A DNA stretch of 64,000 bases from Chloroflexi bacterium UBA5189 (GTDB taxonomy: Bacteria > Chloroflexota > Limnocylindria > Limnocylindrales > CSP1-4): the NCBI GenBank assembly GCA_002413045.1, contig DHWF01000051.1, positions 90,964-154,963 on the forward strand, written 5' to 3'. Shown here piece by piece: positions 8,571 to 17,393 of the stretch. How positions within the stretch are numbered: position 1 is the first letter of the stretch; every line of letters begins with the position of its first letter. Position numbers and translations under genes: made by a program. The notes below the pieces were generated by a model, which saw only the letters and a program-made list of their open reading frames with translations, was not told the origin of the DNA and did not search any database.

Positions 8571-8819
8571 GTGCCCGACATGGAGAAGTCCGTCAACGTC
8601 CACGACGCCAAGACGCACCTGTCCCGACTCCTCGAGCGGGTCGAGGCAGGGGAGGAGATCACCCTGGCCCGCGCCGGCCGGCCAGTTGCGAGACTCGTGC
8701 CGTACGTGCGGCGATCCGAGCCTCGGCCGCTCGGGCTGTGGAAGGGGAAGATCACGCTTGCGCCTGACTGGGATTCGCCGGAGGTGAACGCCGAGATCGC
8801 GGACCTGTTCAACAAGTGA
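8571..8819 (+). CDS. type II antitoxin, Phd/YefM/prevent-host-death family
   Basis: MEKSVNVHDAKTHLSRLLERVEAGEEITLARAGRPVARLVP. Start is GTG 8571 or ATG 8580. Overlaps the PIN gene by 4 nt (GTGA). Confidence 0.85.
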   Translation: MPDMEKSVNVHDAKTHLSRLLERVEAGEEITLARAGRPVARLVPYVRRSEPRPLGLWKGKITLAPDWDSPEVNAEIADLFNK

Positions 8820-9193
8820 TCCTGCTGCTCGACGCCCATGCCCTCATCTGGTACCTGGCCGACGATGCGAGCCTCTCGCGGGCCGGACGATCGGCGATTC
8901 AGGACCCGGCCAACGATGTCCTCGTCTCCGCAGCGACGGTCTGGGAGCTCGGGATCAAGGCAGCGCTGGGCAAGATCGACGTGCGCGAGGACCTCGTCGA
9001 AGCGGTCGAGGAGGTTGGCTTCAGCGGGGTGCCGGTCACGTTGACGGATGCAAGGGCTGCCGCTGCCCTGCCGCTGCACCATCGAGATCCATTCGACCGC
9101 ATGCTCGTCGCGCAGGCGCAGCGACTCGATGCGATCGTCGTGACCCGCGCTCGGGCGTTCGCTGCATATGACGTTCACGTGCTCGGCGCCTAG
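8816..9193 (+). CDS. vapC: type II toxin, PIN-domain ribonuclease VapC
   Basis: LLLDAHALIWYL...VSAATVWELGIKAALGKI...HHRDPFDRMLVAQA (PIN acidic residues). Coupled to the upstream antitoxin. Confidence 0.85.
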   Translation: MILLLDAHALIWYLADDASLSRAGRSAIQDPANDVLVSAATVWELGIKAALGKIDVREDLVEAVEEVGFSGVPVTLTDARAAAALPLHHRDPFDRMLVAQAQRLDAIVVTRARAFAAYDVHVLGA

Positions 9194-9197
9194 GCGG

Positions 9198-9626
9198 TCA
9201 AGGACGCGAGGCGCCCAGCAGTCGATCGGTGGCCTCGTCGTGCATCCCGGCATACAGTCGCTTCAGAACCTCACCAAAGACGCGCTCATCGGGTGCCGCG
9301 CGCGCGAACAGGGTCATGGAAGAACGGAGCTTGAGCGCGTCCACCTGGCCGAAGACTGCCTCGGGATCCGTCGCGCCCGAGTCCAGGACCGCCTGGGCGG
9401 CCAAACGGAGCCGCGGCCCGAGTGCCGCATGCGCCAGGTACGCCTGAGCTTCATCGAGCGAGGCAATCGCGTAGAACCGCGAGACCTCGCTTCGCCCGAG
9501 TCCCTCGAGCTGGGGGAAGATGAACCACATCCAATGGCCCCGCTTGCGCCCGTCGCGCAGCTCCGTGAGCGACTGCGCGTACGTCTCAGCTTGGGCGTCG
9601 ACAAATCGCTCGAGATCGAATGCCAT
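9198..9626 (-). CDS. DUF1810 domain-containing protein
   Basis: LERFVDAQ...Y..A..EL..G.K..HWMWFIFPQL.GLG.S, a characteristic DUF1810 signature. Confidence 0.8.
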   Translation of the reverse strand: MAFDLERFVDAQAETYAQSLTELRDGRKRGHWMWFIFPQLEGLGRSEVSRFYAIASLDEAQAYLAHAALGPRLRLAAQAVLDSGATDPEAVFGQVDALKLRSSMTLFARAAPDERVFGEVLKRLYAGMHDEATDRLLGASRP

Positions 9627-9796
9627 GCGACGAGTGTGTCGCGACCGTTACCCGACGGCTCGGCGCTCGAGGTCTAGAGCCGCTCGTGCGCTGCTGATGG
9701 CACTTCCGATAAGGAGAGTTATGTCTGACGCCAAGGTGTTCTAGATTCCTGTGAGCATCTCTAGCTGACGGGACAATCGTTCTCGGTCTGACTCTT

Positions 9797-10078
9797 TTGG
9801 CGACGGAAATCAGTCAGATTGTCTTTCGTCTATCGGCGTCAGGTGCGCTTGCTCCCGGCGAGCGGGATGCAGAGTTGATCGGCGTCGCGAAGGAGTTCAT
9901 CAGTGATCCCGACGCCTGGGTCGTGAGTCGGAGCGCGTGGGTCGCTCAGCAGCAGGAGCAGGCAAAGGCAACGCGGGAGGCAGCCCAGGCGAAGCGGGAG
10001 GCTGCAGAGGAGGAAGTCCGGGTGCGGCAGGATGCAGCGCGAGAGGCGCGATCGAGACCCAAACCACCCTCAACCTGA
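9797..10078 (+). CDS. hypothetical small protein (uncertain)
   Basis: TTG-start ORF in a locally AT-richer island. GC3 bias is much weaker than in neighbours. C-terminal E/A/R/Q-rich helix. No recognisable domain. Confidence 0.3.
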   Translation: MATEISQIVFRLSASGALAPGERDAELIGVAKEFISDPDAWVVSRSAWVAQQQEQAKATREAAQAKREAAEEEVRVRQDAAREARSRPKPPST

Positions 10079-10085
10079 CCGGCGA

Positions 10086-10457
10086 TCAGCCCCGGCCGTC
10101 CCGCAGCATCCGTTCGAGCTTGCGCCGGAGCTGCTTGCTCGGCCGGCCCTGACCCCGGACCGCCTTGATGCCGGGCGCGATCTCTCGGACGACCGGCGGT
10201 GGGCTGTTGTCGACGTAGCAGGTGGCGGCGACCGACGCGCCGACGCGCGTTTCGATCGGCGTCACGACCTCGACGATCCGTTCGCGCTCGGCGATCAGCG
10301 CATGCACCACGTCCCCGGCCCGGACCTTCGTCGACGGCTTTGCTGGGTTGCCGTTGACGCGGACGTGGCCACCGTCGCACAGCTGGGTCGCCATGGGCCG
10401 CGTCTTGACGAGGCGCACTGCGCATAACCAGCGATCAATCCGTGTGTCGTCGGCCAT
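10086..10457 (-). CDS. RNA-binding S4 domain protein (Hsp15/HslR-like)
   Basis: RIDRWLCAVRLVKTRPMATQLCDGGHVRVNGNPAKPSTKVRAGDVV is an S4 alpha-L motif. ATG MADDTRID at 10457. Confidence 0.8.
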   Translation of the reverse strand: MADDTRIDRWLCAVRLVKTRPMATQLCDGGHVRVNGNPAKPSTKVRAGDVVHALIAERERIVEVVTPIETRVGASVAATCYVDNSPPPVVREIAPGIKAVRGQGRPSKQLRRKLERMLRDGRG

Positions 10458-10515
10458 GGGTTTCAGTTCACCAGCGCCGTGCACAAGGTGATGACCCGAT
10501 CAGCTGACGATCGGT

Positions 10516-11277
10516 TCAGCCAAGGCCTGACCAGACCCCGACCGCCGTGAACTCGAGCGGCACGTCGATCAGGATCAGCTCGGCGGCGAGCGCCGTGGTG
10601 ATCGAAAGGTCGGTTTGACGCTCGACCTTGATGGCGTCGCCGGTCCCGAGCCCCTCTCCGTCGACCTCGACCCGACCATCGATGACGTAGAGGTAGCCCC
10701 CGCGACCCGCCGCGAATGCGTGCTCGAGGTGGTTGCCCGCGGTCAGGTGGGTGACGAGCGCGCGCGCGTCCTGCGAGAGGTCGAGGCCCTCCGTGCCGGG
10801 CGAGCCCATGATCTGGAGCCAGCGGTCCGTTCGGTCATCGATGCTGTACTGCCGCTGCTGCACGCGTGTCTCGAGCCCAGTGACGCTCGGCAGGATCCAG
10901 AACTGGATGAACCGCAACGCCTCCTCGGCGGAGCCGTTCTTCTCCGAGTGCTCGTCGAAGCCGTGGGAGAAGGTCATCACCTGCGCGGCACCGGCCTGGA
11001 GCGTCCCGTTATTGCCGAGCGAGTCCGCGTGCACGAAATGCCCGGAGACGACGTACGTCAGGGATTCGATGTCGCGATGCGGGTGCATCGGCCATTCGGC
11101 GCCGGCGATGATCCTGTCGTCGTTGAAGACGCGCAGCGCGCCAACCCCCATCTGCTCCGGATCGCGGTAGCGGTCGAACGAGAAGTGCCAGCGGGCATCG
11201 AACCAGCCGCCCTCCTCGCGCCAGATCGTGTCCGCCGGACGGATGGTCAGGCCAGAGCCGCCGCCTGCATCAGGCAC
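10516..11277 (-). CDS. pirin family protein
   Basis: Bicupin with HPHRDIESLTYVVSG and FQFWI-like motifs. Size ~250 aa. Confidence 0.88.
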   Translation of the reverse strand: MPDAGGGSGLTIRPADTIWREEGGWFDARWHFSFDRYRDPEQMGVGALRVFNDDRIIAGAEWPMHPHRDIESLTYVVSGHFVHADSLGNNGTLQAGAAQVMTFSHGFDEHSEKNGSAEEALRFIQFWILPSVTGLETRVQQRQYSIDDRTDRWLQIMGSPGTEGLDLSQDARALVTHLTAGNHLEHAFAAGRGGYLYVIDGRVEVDGEGLGTGDAIKVERQTDLSITTALAAELILIDVPLEFTAVGVWSGLG

Positions 11278-11351
11278 GAGCCGCCTCCTTCTTGAAGCTA
11301 CTCGTCAACTATGACTCGGAGGCGCTACGGTCGCGAGCTGTGGCGCATCGG

Positions 11352-14300
11352 TCATCCGACCGACGGGCTCCATGGCTGCGCGTCTGGGTTCGCCGAAAGG
11401 AACGCGTCGATCTCGGCGATGAATGGTCCGGCACGAAGCGGCTCGACGATCGTTCGAGCCTGTCGGACGGCCGCGAGCCCTGCCTCACGATCGCCGATGC
11501 CCACGAGGCAGCGGCCGATGCCCGCGAGCCCGATCGCACGCTCCAGCGGCCACCCGCGGGACTCGAAGAAGGTCGTCGCCTCCGCGAACCCGGCCTGCGC
11601 CTCCGCAAAGGACCCTTCGGCTTCCGCGACCTCGGCCATGGCCAATCGCGTGAGCTGGCCACGCGCGCTCGGACCCGGCGGCGTGGCGCGGGCGAGGACC
11701 CTGTGCGCGAGCGGCAGGTCGCCGAGCCCACGCGCGGTCCGAACGAGGTCGATGGTGGCGAACGTGGTCGTCCCCTCGACCGTGCCATCCACGGCCTCCT
11801 CGATGACACGCCGGGCCTCGTCAGGATCGCCACCCAGGATCGCGGCCCGGGCGGCGTGGTTGGCGGTCATCGTGGGCGGCCAGCCCAGGGCGTGCGCTTG
11901 GGCAATGATCTCCCCGAAATCCGGGACCGGCTCGCCTCGGACGTCCATGATCGCGGCGCTGAGCGCGCGCGCCATCGTCGTGGCATAGCCGTCGCCCCTG
12001 GCAACGGCCCATTCCCGGATGACCGCAGCCTCGGCGAGCGCCTCGTCGTACCAGCCGCCGGTCGAGAGGAGGTCGAGTCGATTCGCTCGCAGATCGATGT
12101 CGGCAAGTCCGTGGTCCCTGGCAAATCCCAATGCCTCGTCGTAGGCGCTGCGCGCGGCCTGGATGTCCCCGACGTCGATCAGCGTCCAGGCGAGATTCGA
12201 GAGACCCGTGAGGACCTGCCGCGTGTCGCCCGTGGAGATCGCCACCTCCACGCCGCGACGCACATCGGCCTCGCCCGAGTCGTCGCGCAGCTCCAGCTTG
12301 ACGACGCCAAGAGCGATATGCGCTGACGCCGGGATCGGCACGCCAAGGTGCTGCGCAGTGGTCATTGCCTGCTGTGCGATGTCGAGTCTGATCTTCGGAT
12401 CCAGCTCACCGCTCATGCGCGCCTGAGCGGCCAGGAGCGCGACCAGGCCGGGACCTGGGGACGCCTCCAGGATCGGACGGGCCGCCGCAATTGCCGCGAG
12501 CGCCGCCTCGTCGTTGCCCATGCCGTGAAACGCCAGCTCTCGCGAAACTACCAGCTCGGCCGCGGCTAGCTCGTTGCCGCGCGCGAGGTGCCACGCATAT
12601 GCCGCGTCGAACATCTCAACCGCCTGTGGGTACTCGGATCGCATGAGGAACGCCCCACCAAGAGCGGTGAGCACGGCGCCGCGCCGCGGATCGTCCTCCG
12701 GGAGCAGCTCGAGCGCCCGACCGAAGTGCTCGGCCGCCCGTGCCGGATTGACCCGCAGCAGATGTTCCGCGGCAGCGACCAGGGCCGTTGCCAGCTCCGC
12801 TCGGATGGCTGGCAGTTGGTCATCGGCACCCGTTGAGACCGCAAGCTCCTCGGCCCGTCGAAGGTGATCCACCACGATCTCCGCCAGGTCCCCAAGCGCG
12901 GCGCCGGCCTTGTCCGTGATCCAGGCCGCCGCAGCGCGGTGCTTCGCCAGGCGCGCGCCGCGGGACAGGAAGCCGTAGGCGACGTCGCGCAGCAGGGAGT
13001 GCCAGAAGCCGTACTCGAGCTCGTCGACCATGGTCGACGGCTGGTTCGAACGTGTGAGCGATCGTCGCTCTAAATCGGACAGGCTCGGTTCGACCGTTCC
13101 TCGATCGCGACCCTCCAGCGACGCCACGGCGCCCGACCAGAAGACGCGCCCGATCACCGAGGCGTCCAGGATCGCCGGCTTCAGCTCGCCCGGAAGCGCA
13201 TCGATCCGCGCCGCGAGGAGCGCCTGGATCGTTGGCGGGACGGCTCGTTCGTCCAGGGTCACCTCCGCTGCCGAGGCCCCACGCTCTCGGACGAGCGCAG
13301 CCAGCTGCTCGGCGTACAGCGGGCTGCCCGCCGCTCGGTCGAGCACAGTCCGGAGCAGTTCCGGTGCGGCGCCGGCCAACGTCGATCCGATCAGGCCGGC
13401 GATCGCCGCATCGTCGAGCGAGACGAGCTGGATCACACGTGACGCGGGTGGTCCCGCGAGCCATTGCGGGTGGCGCTCCGCTGCCTCGGGCCGAGCCGTG
13501 ACGACGAGCAGGATCGGTAGTGGGGATGGGTTCGCGACGAGCTCCAGCAGGAGCGCGACGAGCGCGGTGTCCGCCCAGTGCAGATCCTCGATGACGATGA
13601 CGGCCGGACCATCGATTGCCAGGGATTCGAGGAACCTGCGCCACGCGGCGAATGCCTCCTCCTGCGATGGTGGAACTGCGTCCGTCTGCAGGCCAACGAG
13701 TGGGGCAAGGCGCTCGCGCATCCACGCCCGCAGCACGGGATCGGACTCGGTCAACGCCGCGTCGAGCTTCTCCTGGATGGTGTTCTGGTCGTCGGTCTCG
13801 AGGATCCGGGCGTGCGTCTTCACGATCTCACCGAGGGCCCAGAACGCGATTCCATCGCCATACGGCAGGCACCTGCCGGCTCGCCAGACCGTGGCCGGGG
13901 CGACCGCGTGGACGTGGCGGCCGAGCTCCCGGATGAGCCGACTCTTCCCGAGTCCAGGCTCCGCGACCACGGTGACCACCTCGAATGCATGCTTCGCGGC
14001 GGCAGACGCAAAGGCGCGGCGTAGCGAATCCAGCTCGGCGTCGCGGCCCACGAACGGGGTCGCCTCGCTGTCCTCGGCTCGGACCGCGGTGGTCCGGGCC
14101 TCCGTCGGGTGCCAGATGTGCACCGGCTCCGCGATGCCCTTGAGCGCGACGGCTCCGAGGTCGTCCCACTGGAACTCGCGGGCGGCCAGCCGGTAGGTCT
14201 GCTCGCCGACCGCGACGCCGTCCACCGGGGCGACGCCCTGGATCCGCGCCGCGATGTTCATGGAGCCGCCGGTCGCGAGGCTCTCCTCCGGGTTCCGTCC

Positions 14301-14648
14301 CCCGTCGACACGGACGACCGCCTCGCCCGTATGCACGCCGATCCGAACGTGCAGGTCGAGGCCTGAAACGGTCACGTCACGCAGGATCGCGAGCGACGCT
14401 CGGACTGCGCGGGTCGGATCATCCTCGTGTGCAGTCGGCGCACCGAACACGCCGACGACCGCATCACCGATGAACTTCTCGACCGTCCCGCCGTGAGACT
14501 CGATGACTCGCCTGGCCCGGCCGTGGTAGGTCGACAGCAGCCGTTCCACGTCCTCGGGGTCCAGCCGCTCCGCCATGTCGGTGGAGCCGACGACGTCGCA
14601 GAACAGCGCGGTGATGACCTTCCGTTCGATCTCCCGCCGCGGTTCCAC
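11352..14648 (-). CDS. class III adenylate/guanylate cyclase domain fused to AAA/STAND ATPase and TPR repeats
   Basis: N-terminal cyclase motifs (ITALFCDVVGSTDMAERL, KFIGDAVVGVFGAP, RIGVHTGEAV). P-loop AEPGLGKSRL. A long TPR-like C-terminus. GTG start. Confidence 0.88.
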   Translation of the reverse strand: MEPRREIERKVITALFCDVVGSTDMAERLDPEDVERLLSTYHGRARRVIESHGGTVEKFIGDAVVGVFGAPTAHEDDPTRAVRASLAILRDVTVSGLDLHVRIGVHTGEAVVRVDGGRNPEESLATGGSMNIAARIQGVAPVDGVAVGEQTYRLAAREFQWDDLGAVALKGIAEPVHIWHPTEARTTAVRAEDSEATPFVGRDAELDSLRRAFASAAAKHAFEVVTVVAEPGLGKSRLIRELGRHVHAVAPATVWRAGRCLPYGDGIAFWALGEIVKTHARILETDDQNTIQEKLDAALTESDPVLRAWMRERLAPLVGLQTDAVPPSQEEAFAAWRRFLESLAIDGPAVIVIEDLHWADTALVALLLELVANPSPLPILLVVTARPEAAERHPQWLAGPPASRVIQLVSLDDAAIAGLIGSTLAGAAPELLRTVLDRAAGSPLYAEQLAALVRERGASAAEVTLDERAVPPTIQALLAARIDALPGELKPAILDASVIGRVFWSGAVASLEGRDRGTVEPSLSDLERRSLTRSNQPSTMVDELEYGFWHSLLRDVAYGFLSRGARLAKHRAAAAWITDKAGAALGDLAEIVVDHLRRAEELAVSTGADDQLPAIRAELATALVAAAEHLLRVNPARAAEHFGRALELLPEDDPRRGAVLTALGGAFLMRSEYPQAVEMFDAAYAWHLARGNELAAAELVVSRELAFHGMGNDEAALAAIAAARPILEASPGPGLVALLAAQARMSGELDPKIRLDIAQQAMTTAQHLGVPIPASAHIALGVVKLELRDDSGEADVRRGVEVAISTGDTRQVLTGLSNLAWTLIDVGDIQAARSAYDEALGFARDHGLADIDLRANRLDLLSTGGWYDEALAEAAVIREWAVARGDGYATTMARALSAAIMDVRGEPVPDFGEIIAQAHALGWPPTMTANHAARAAILGGDPDEARRVIEEAVDGTVEGTTTFATIDLVRTARGLGDLPLAHRVLARATPPGPSARGQLTRLAMAEVAEAEGSFAEAQAGFAEATTFFESRGWPLERAIGLAGIGRCLVGIGDREAGLAAVRQARTIVEPLRAGPFIAEIDAFLSANPDAQPWSPSVG

Positions 14649-14809
14649 CGCTCGATGGTACGGGCCCCCACATGGTCAGCGCGGGCTCCGAGCCCGCCCG
14701 GCCGGCGTCGTTCCCCAGGTCTCCATGGATTGGCGCAAACGGACGATGACCACCGTTCCACACCCTCCAGCATCACCGTGAGCCCGACCGGGCTGAATGG
14801 AGGAAGGCG

Positions 14810-15004
14810 ATGCTCGGACTGGGAAGAAGGTTCATGGCCCTCGGGGCGGCGAGCCTGCTCGCGCTGGCGCTCGTGGGTGGCGCGTCGGCCGCCGCGCCGA
14901 GCAAGTTCACCGCGATCCTGGTGGACGATGGTGGCTGCAGCTTCCACATGGAGGCGTCGTGGAAGGGCGGAAAGGAGGTCGTCCGGGTCGTGTCGTACAT
15001 CTAA
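14810..15004 (+). CDS. small secreted protein, N-terminal part; ends at a TAA that is in frame with the next ORF
   Basis: GGAGGAAGG SD followed by ATG. Signal peptide MLGLGRRFMALGAASLLALALVGGASA-AAP. Confidence 0.6.
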   Translation: MLGLGRRFMALGAASLLALALVGGASAAAPSKFTAILVDDGGCSFHMEASWKGGKEVVRVVSYI

Positions 15005-15019
15005 ATCGACCGTTCGCCG

Positions 15020-15250
15020 GTGGGCGCAGGCGCGCCTGATCTCACCGGGTTTGCGCCAGACTCGCCCGGCAGCACCCTGACGAAGACGAGCGCGTCGATC
15101 CCGTTCGGCCCCCTCGAAGTCGACACGGCGACCACGCACACGTTCGCCGCCACCGTGCAGTTCGATGGGCTCGCACGCAGCGGGCTCTACACGCTTGGAC
15201 AGGTCTACACGACCGGAATCACGCTCGGGTGCAAGCTCGCGACTCCGTGA
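15020..15250 (+). CDS. in-frame continuation of 14810..15004 (possible single gene broken by TAA at 15002..15004) or a separate GTG-start ORF
   Basis: Same frame as the upstream ORF. High GC3 from 15005 onward. No SD before GTG 15020. Confidence 0.4.
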   Translation: MGAGAPDLTGFAPDSPGSTLTKTSASIPFGPLEVDTATTHTFAATVQFDGLARSGLYTLGQVYTTGITLGCKLATP

Positions 15251-15265
15251 CCTGAGCTCGAATTC

Positions 15266-15299
15266 TCGACGCCGGCCCGATCTCCTGGGCCGGCGTCGA
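15266..15299. terminator. bidirectional hairpin terminator between convergent genes
   Basis: Perfect 13-bp inverted repeat TCGACGCCGGCCC / GGGCCGGCGTCGA with an 8-nt loop. Weak T-tract (GTTGCT) after it. Confidence 0.6.
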
Positions 15300-15329
15300 C
15301 GTTGCTAGGTGTCGTAAGAACCGCGGCAG

Positions 15330-15737
15330 TCACGCGCGGTACTCGCTGAGCTCGAACAAGTGACCGTCGGGGTCGCGGAGGAAGCAGCGGGTCTCGGCGC
15401 CGTTGCTGACCGGTGGGGTCAGGAAGGTGCCACCACGCGACTGAAGCAGCTCGTATGTCGCATGGCAGTCGTCGACGCGGATCGTGAAGAGACTGTCGCG
15501 GTGGTTCGGGTCGGCCGGCGGGGCGAGCGTCACCTCGGGCTTGCCGGGTGTCGGGCCGCCGCCCTCGACCAGGAGCAGCCACGCGCCGGCGAAGCTGAGC
15601 ACGACCGACGAGCCATACTCGCGGAAGAGGGTCGCGCCGAGGACGTCGAGGTACCACCCCTTCGATCGCTCTGGATCGGCGACGACCAGGATGTGAGTCA
15701 GCGCGGTGTCGGCCGCCGGGAAAGCCATCGCTGTCAT
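15330..15737 (-). CDS. VOC family protein (glyoxalase/bleomycin-resistance fold)
   Basis: THILVVADPERSKGWYLDVLG...RDPDGHLFEL. Probable ATG at 15737. Confidence 0.8.
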   Translation of the reverse strand: MTAMAFPAADTALTHILVVADPERSKGWYLDVLGATLFREYGSSVVLSFAGAWLLLVEGGGPTPGKPEVTLAPPADPNHRDSLFTIRVDDCHATYELLQSRGGTFLTPPVSNGAETRCFLRDPDGHLFELSEYRA

Positions 15738-15853
15738 GGTCCCACCCACGCCGTCGTTTGCGCACACCAAATGGGTTCCGGCGGCGGACTGTCATGGCCA
15801 AATGGCATGCCCCGACCGATCCGTGGGCAACGCCCTGACCGTAAACTCGCCGC

Positions 15854-16411
15854 ATGGGGCTTCTGACCTTCAGCATCAACGTCACCCTGGACGGCTGCGT
15901 CGACCACCAGGAGGGAATCGCCGACGACGAGACACACGCCTACTTCACGAGCCTCCTGGACGAGGGCGGCGCGATGCTCTGGGGCCGCGTGACCTACGAG
16001 ATGATGGAGAGCTACTGGCCGGCCGTCGCCCGCGGCGACGAGGAGGCGCCCCCGGCGATGCGCGAGTGGGCGGTCAAGCTGGATGCCAAGCCGAAGTACG
16101 TCGTGTCGTCGACGCGAACGGACTTCCCGTGGACGAACAGCCACCTGCTCACCGGCGACCTGCGCACGGGCGTGCAGCAGCTCAAGGACGCGACCCCGAC
16201 CGGCGTGCTCGTCGGTAGCCATAAGCTCGCGACCGCGCTGGACCGGCTGGACCTGATCGACGAGTACAGGTTCCTCGTCCACCCGAGGATCGCCGGCCAC
16301 GGCCCCACCTTGTTCCAGGGCGGGCTGCCCAGCACGCGACGGCTCGAGCTGGTTTCGGCGAAGGCCCTCCACAACGGCGCGGTCGCCATGGACTACCGGC
16401 GCGCCGGCTGA
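15854..16411 (+). CDS. dihydrofolate reductase family protein (RibD C-terminal-like)
   Basis: FSINVTLDGCVDH...GRVTYEMMESYWP...VGSHKLATAL...IDEYRFLVHP. Confidence 0.85.
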   Translation: MGLLTFSINVTLDGCVDHQEGIADDETHAYFTSLLDEGGAMLWGRVTYEMMESYWPAVARGDEEAPPAMREWAVKLDAKPKYVVSSTRTDFPWTNSHLLTGDLRTGVQQLKDATPTGVLVGSHKLATALDRLDLIDEYRFLVHPRIAGHGPTLFQGGLPSTRRLELVSAKALHNGAVAMDYRRAG

Positions 16412-16418
16412 CGCACCG

Positions 16419-17372
16419 ATGGCACCACGTCCGTTCCAGTTCATGGTCGCCTCGCGCGGAGCGCCCGATGGGCGCGCGATCACCGAGCAGGCGCGGTGGG
16501 CCGAGTCCGTCGGCTTCACGCACCTCGCCGTGCACGACCACCTGGCCCAGCGGCACGCCGTGACCCCGTTGCTGGCCGCGGTCGCGATGGCGACGGAGCG
16601 CGTCGGCCTCGTTCCGCTCGTTTACAACAACGACCTTCGCCACCCGGCGGTGCTTGCCCAGGAGCTGGCAAGTCTCGACATCATCAGCGGCGGCCGGCTC
16701 GTCGTCGGGATCGGCGCCGGCTGGAACCAGCCCGAGTACCGCGCGATCGGGATGCAGTTCGATCCGCCCGGCACCCGGATCGACCGGATGCTCGAGGCAA
16801 TCGCGATCCTGCGCGGCCTCTTCGCTGACGAGGCGTTCAGCTATTCGGGTCGGTTCTACACGATCACGGACATGGATGGCGGTCCGAAGCCGGTGCAGAA
16901 GCCGCATCCGCCATTCCTCATCGGCGGCACGCGGGAGCGCGTCCTGCGGTTGGCCGCACGGGAAGGCGACATCGTCGGGATCGACCTTCGCCAGGACGGC
17001 GAGGAGATCCTGGACGCGTTCGAGGCGCGGACGGACGTTCGCATCGGCTGGATCCGCGACACCGCCGGCGACCGGTTCGAGCAGCTGGATCTCAACGTCC
17101 TGCGGACGCTGGGCGACCTCTCGATCACCAGCGAGCCGCTCAACGTGGCCGCCGACGTCGCGCGCGAGCTCGCCAGCGAGACGGGCATGGAGATCAGCGC
17201 GCGGGACGTCCTCGAGTCGCCGTTCTCGCTCATCGGTTCAGTCCCCGAGCTCGTCGACAAGCTCACCTCGCTTCGCCAGCGTTGGGGCATCAACTCGTTC
17301 CTGGTCGGCGCGTTCGGCGAGAGCGGCCTGCGCGAGTTCGCTCCGGTCGTCGAGCAGCTCAGCGGGTCGTAG
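16419..17372 (+). CDS. LLM class F420-dependent oxidoreductase
   Basis: GFTHLAVHDHL, GGRLVVGIGAGW, PPFLIGGTRERVLRLAAREGDIVG. Confidence 0.85.
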   Translation: MAPRPFQFMVASRGAPDGRAITEQARWAESVGFTHLAVHDHLAQRHAVTPLLAAVAMATERVGLVPLVYNNDLRHPAVLAQELASLDIISGGRLVVGIGAGWNQPEYRAIGMQFDPPGTRIDRMLEAIAILRGLFADEAFSYSGRFYTITDMDGGPKPVQKPHPPFLIGGTRERVLRLAAREGDIVGIDLRQDGEEILDAFEARTDVRIGWIRDTAGDRFEQLDLNVLRTLGDLSITSEPLNVAADVARELASETGMEISARDVLESPFSLIGSVPELVDKLTSLRQRWGINSFLVGAFGESGLREFAPVVEQLSGS

Positions 17373-17393
17373 GAGCCCGGCAGCATCGCGCTC

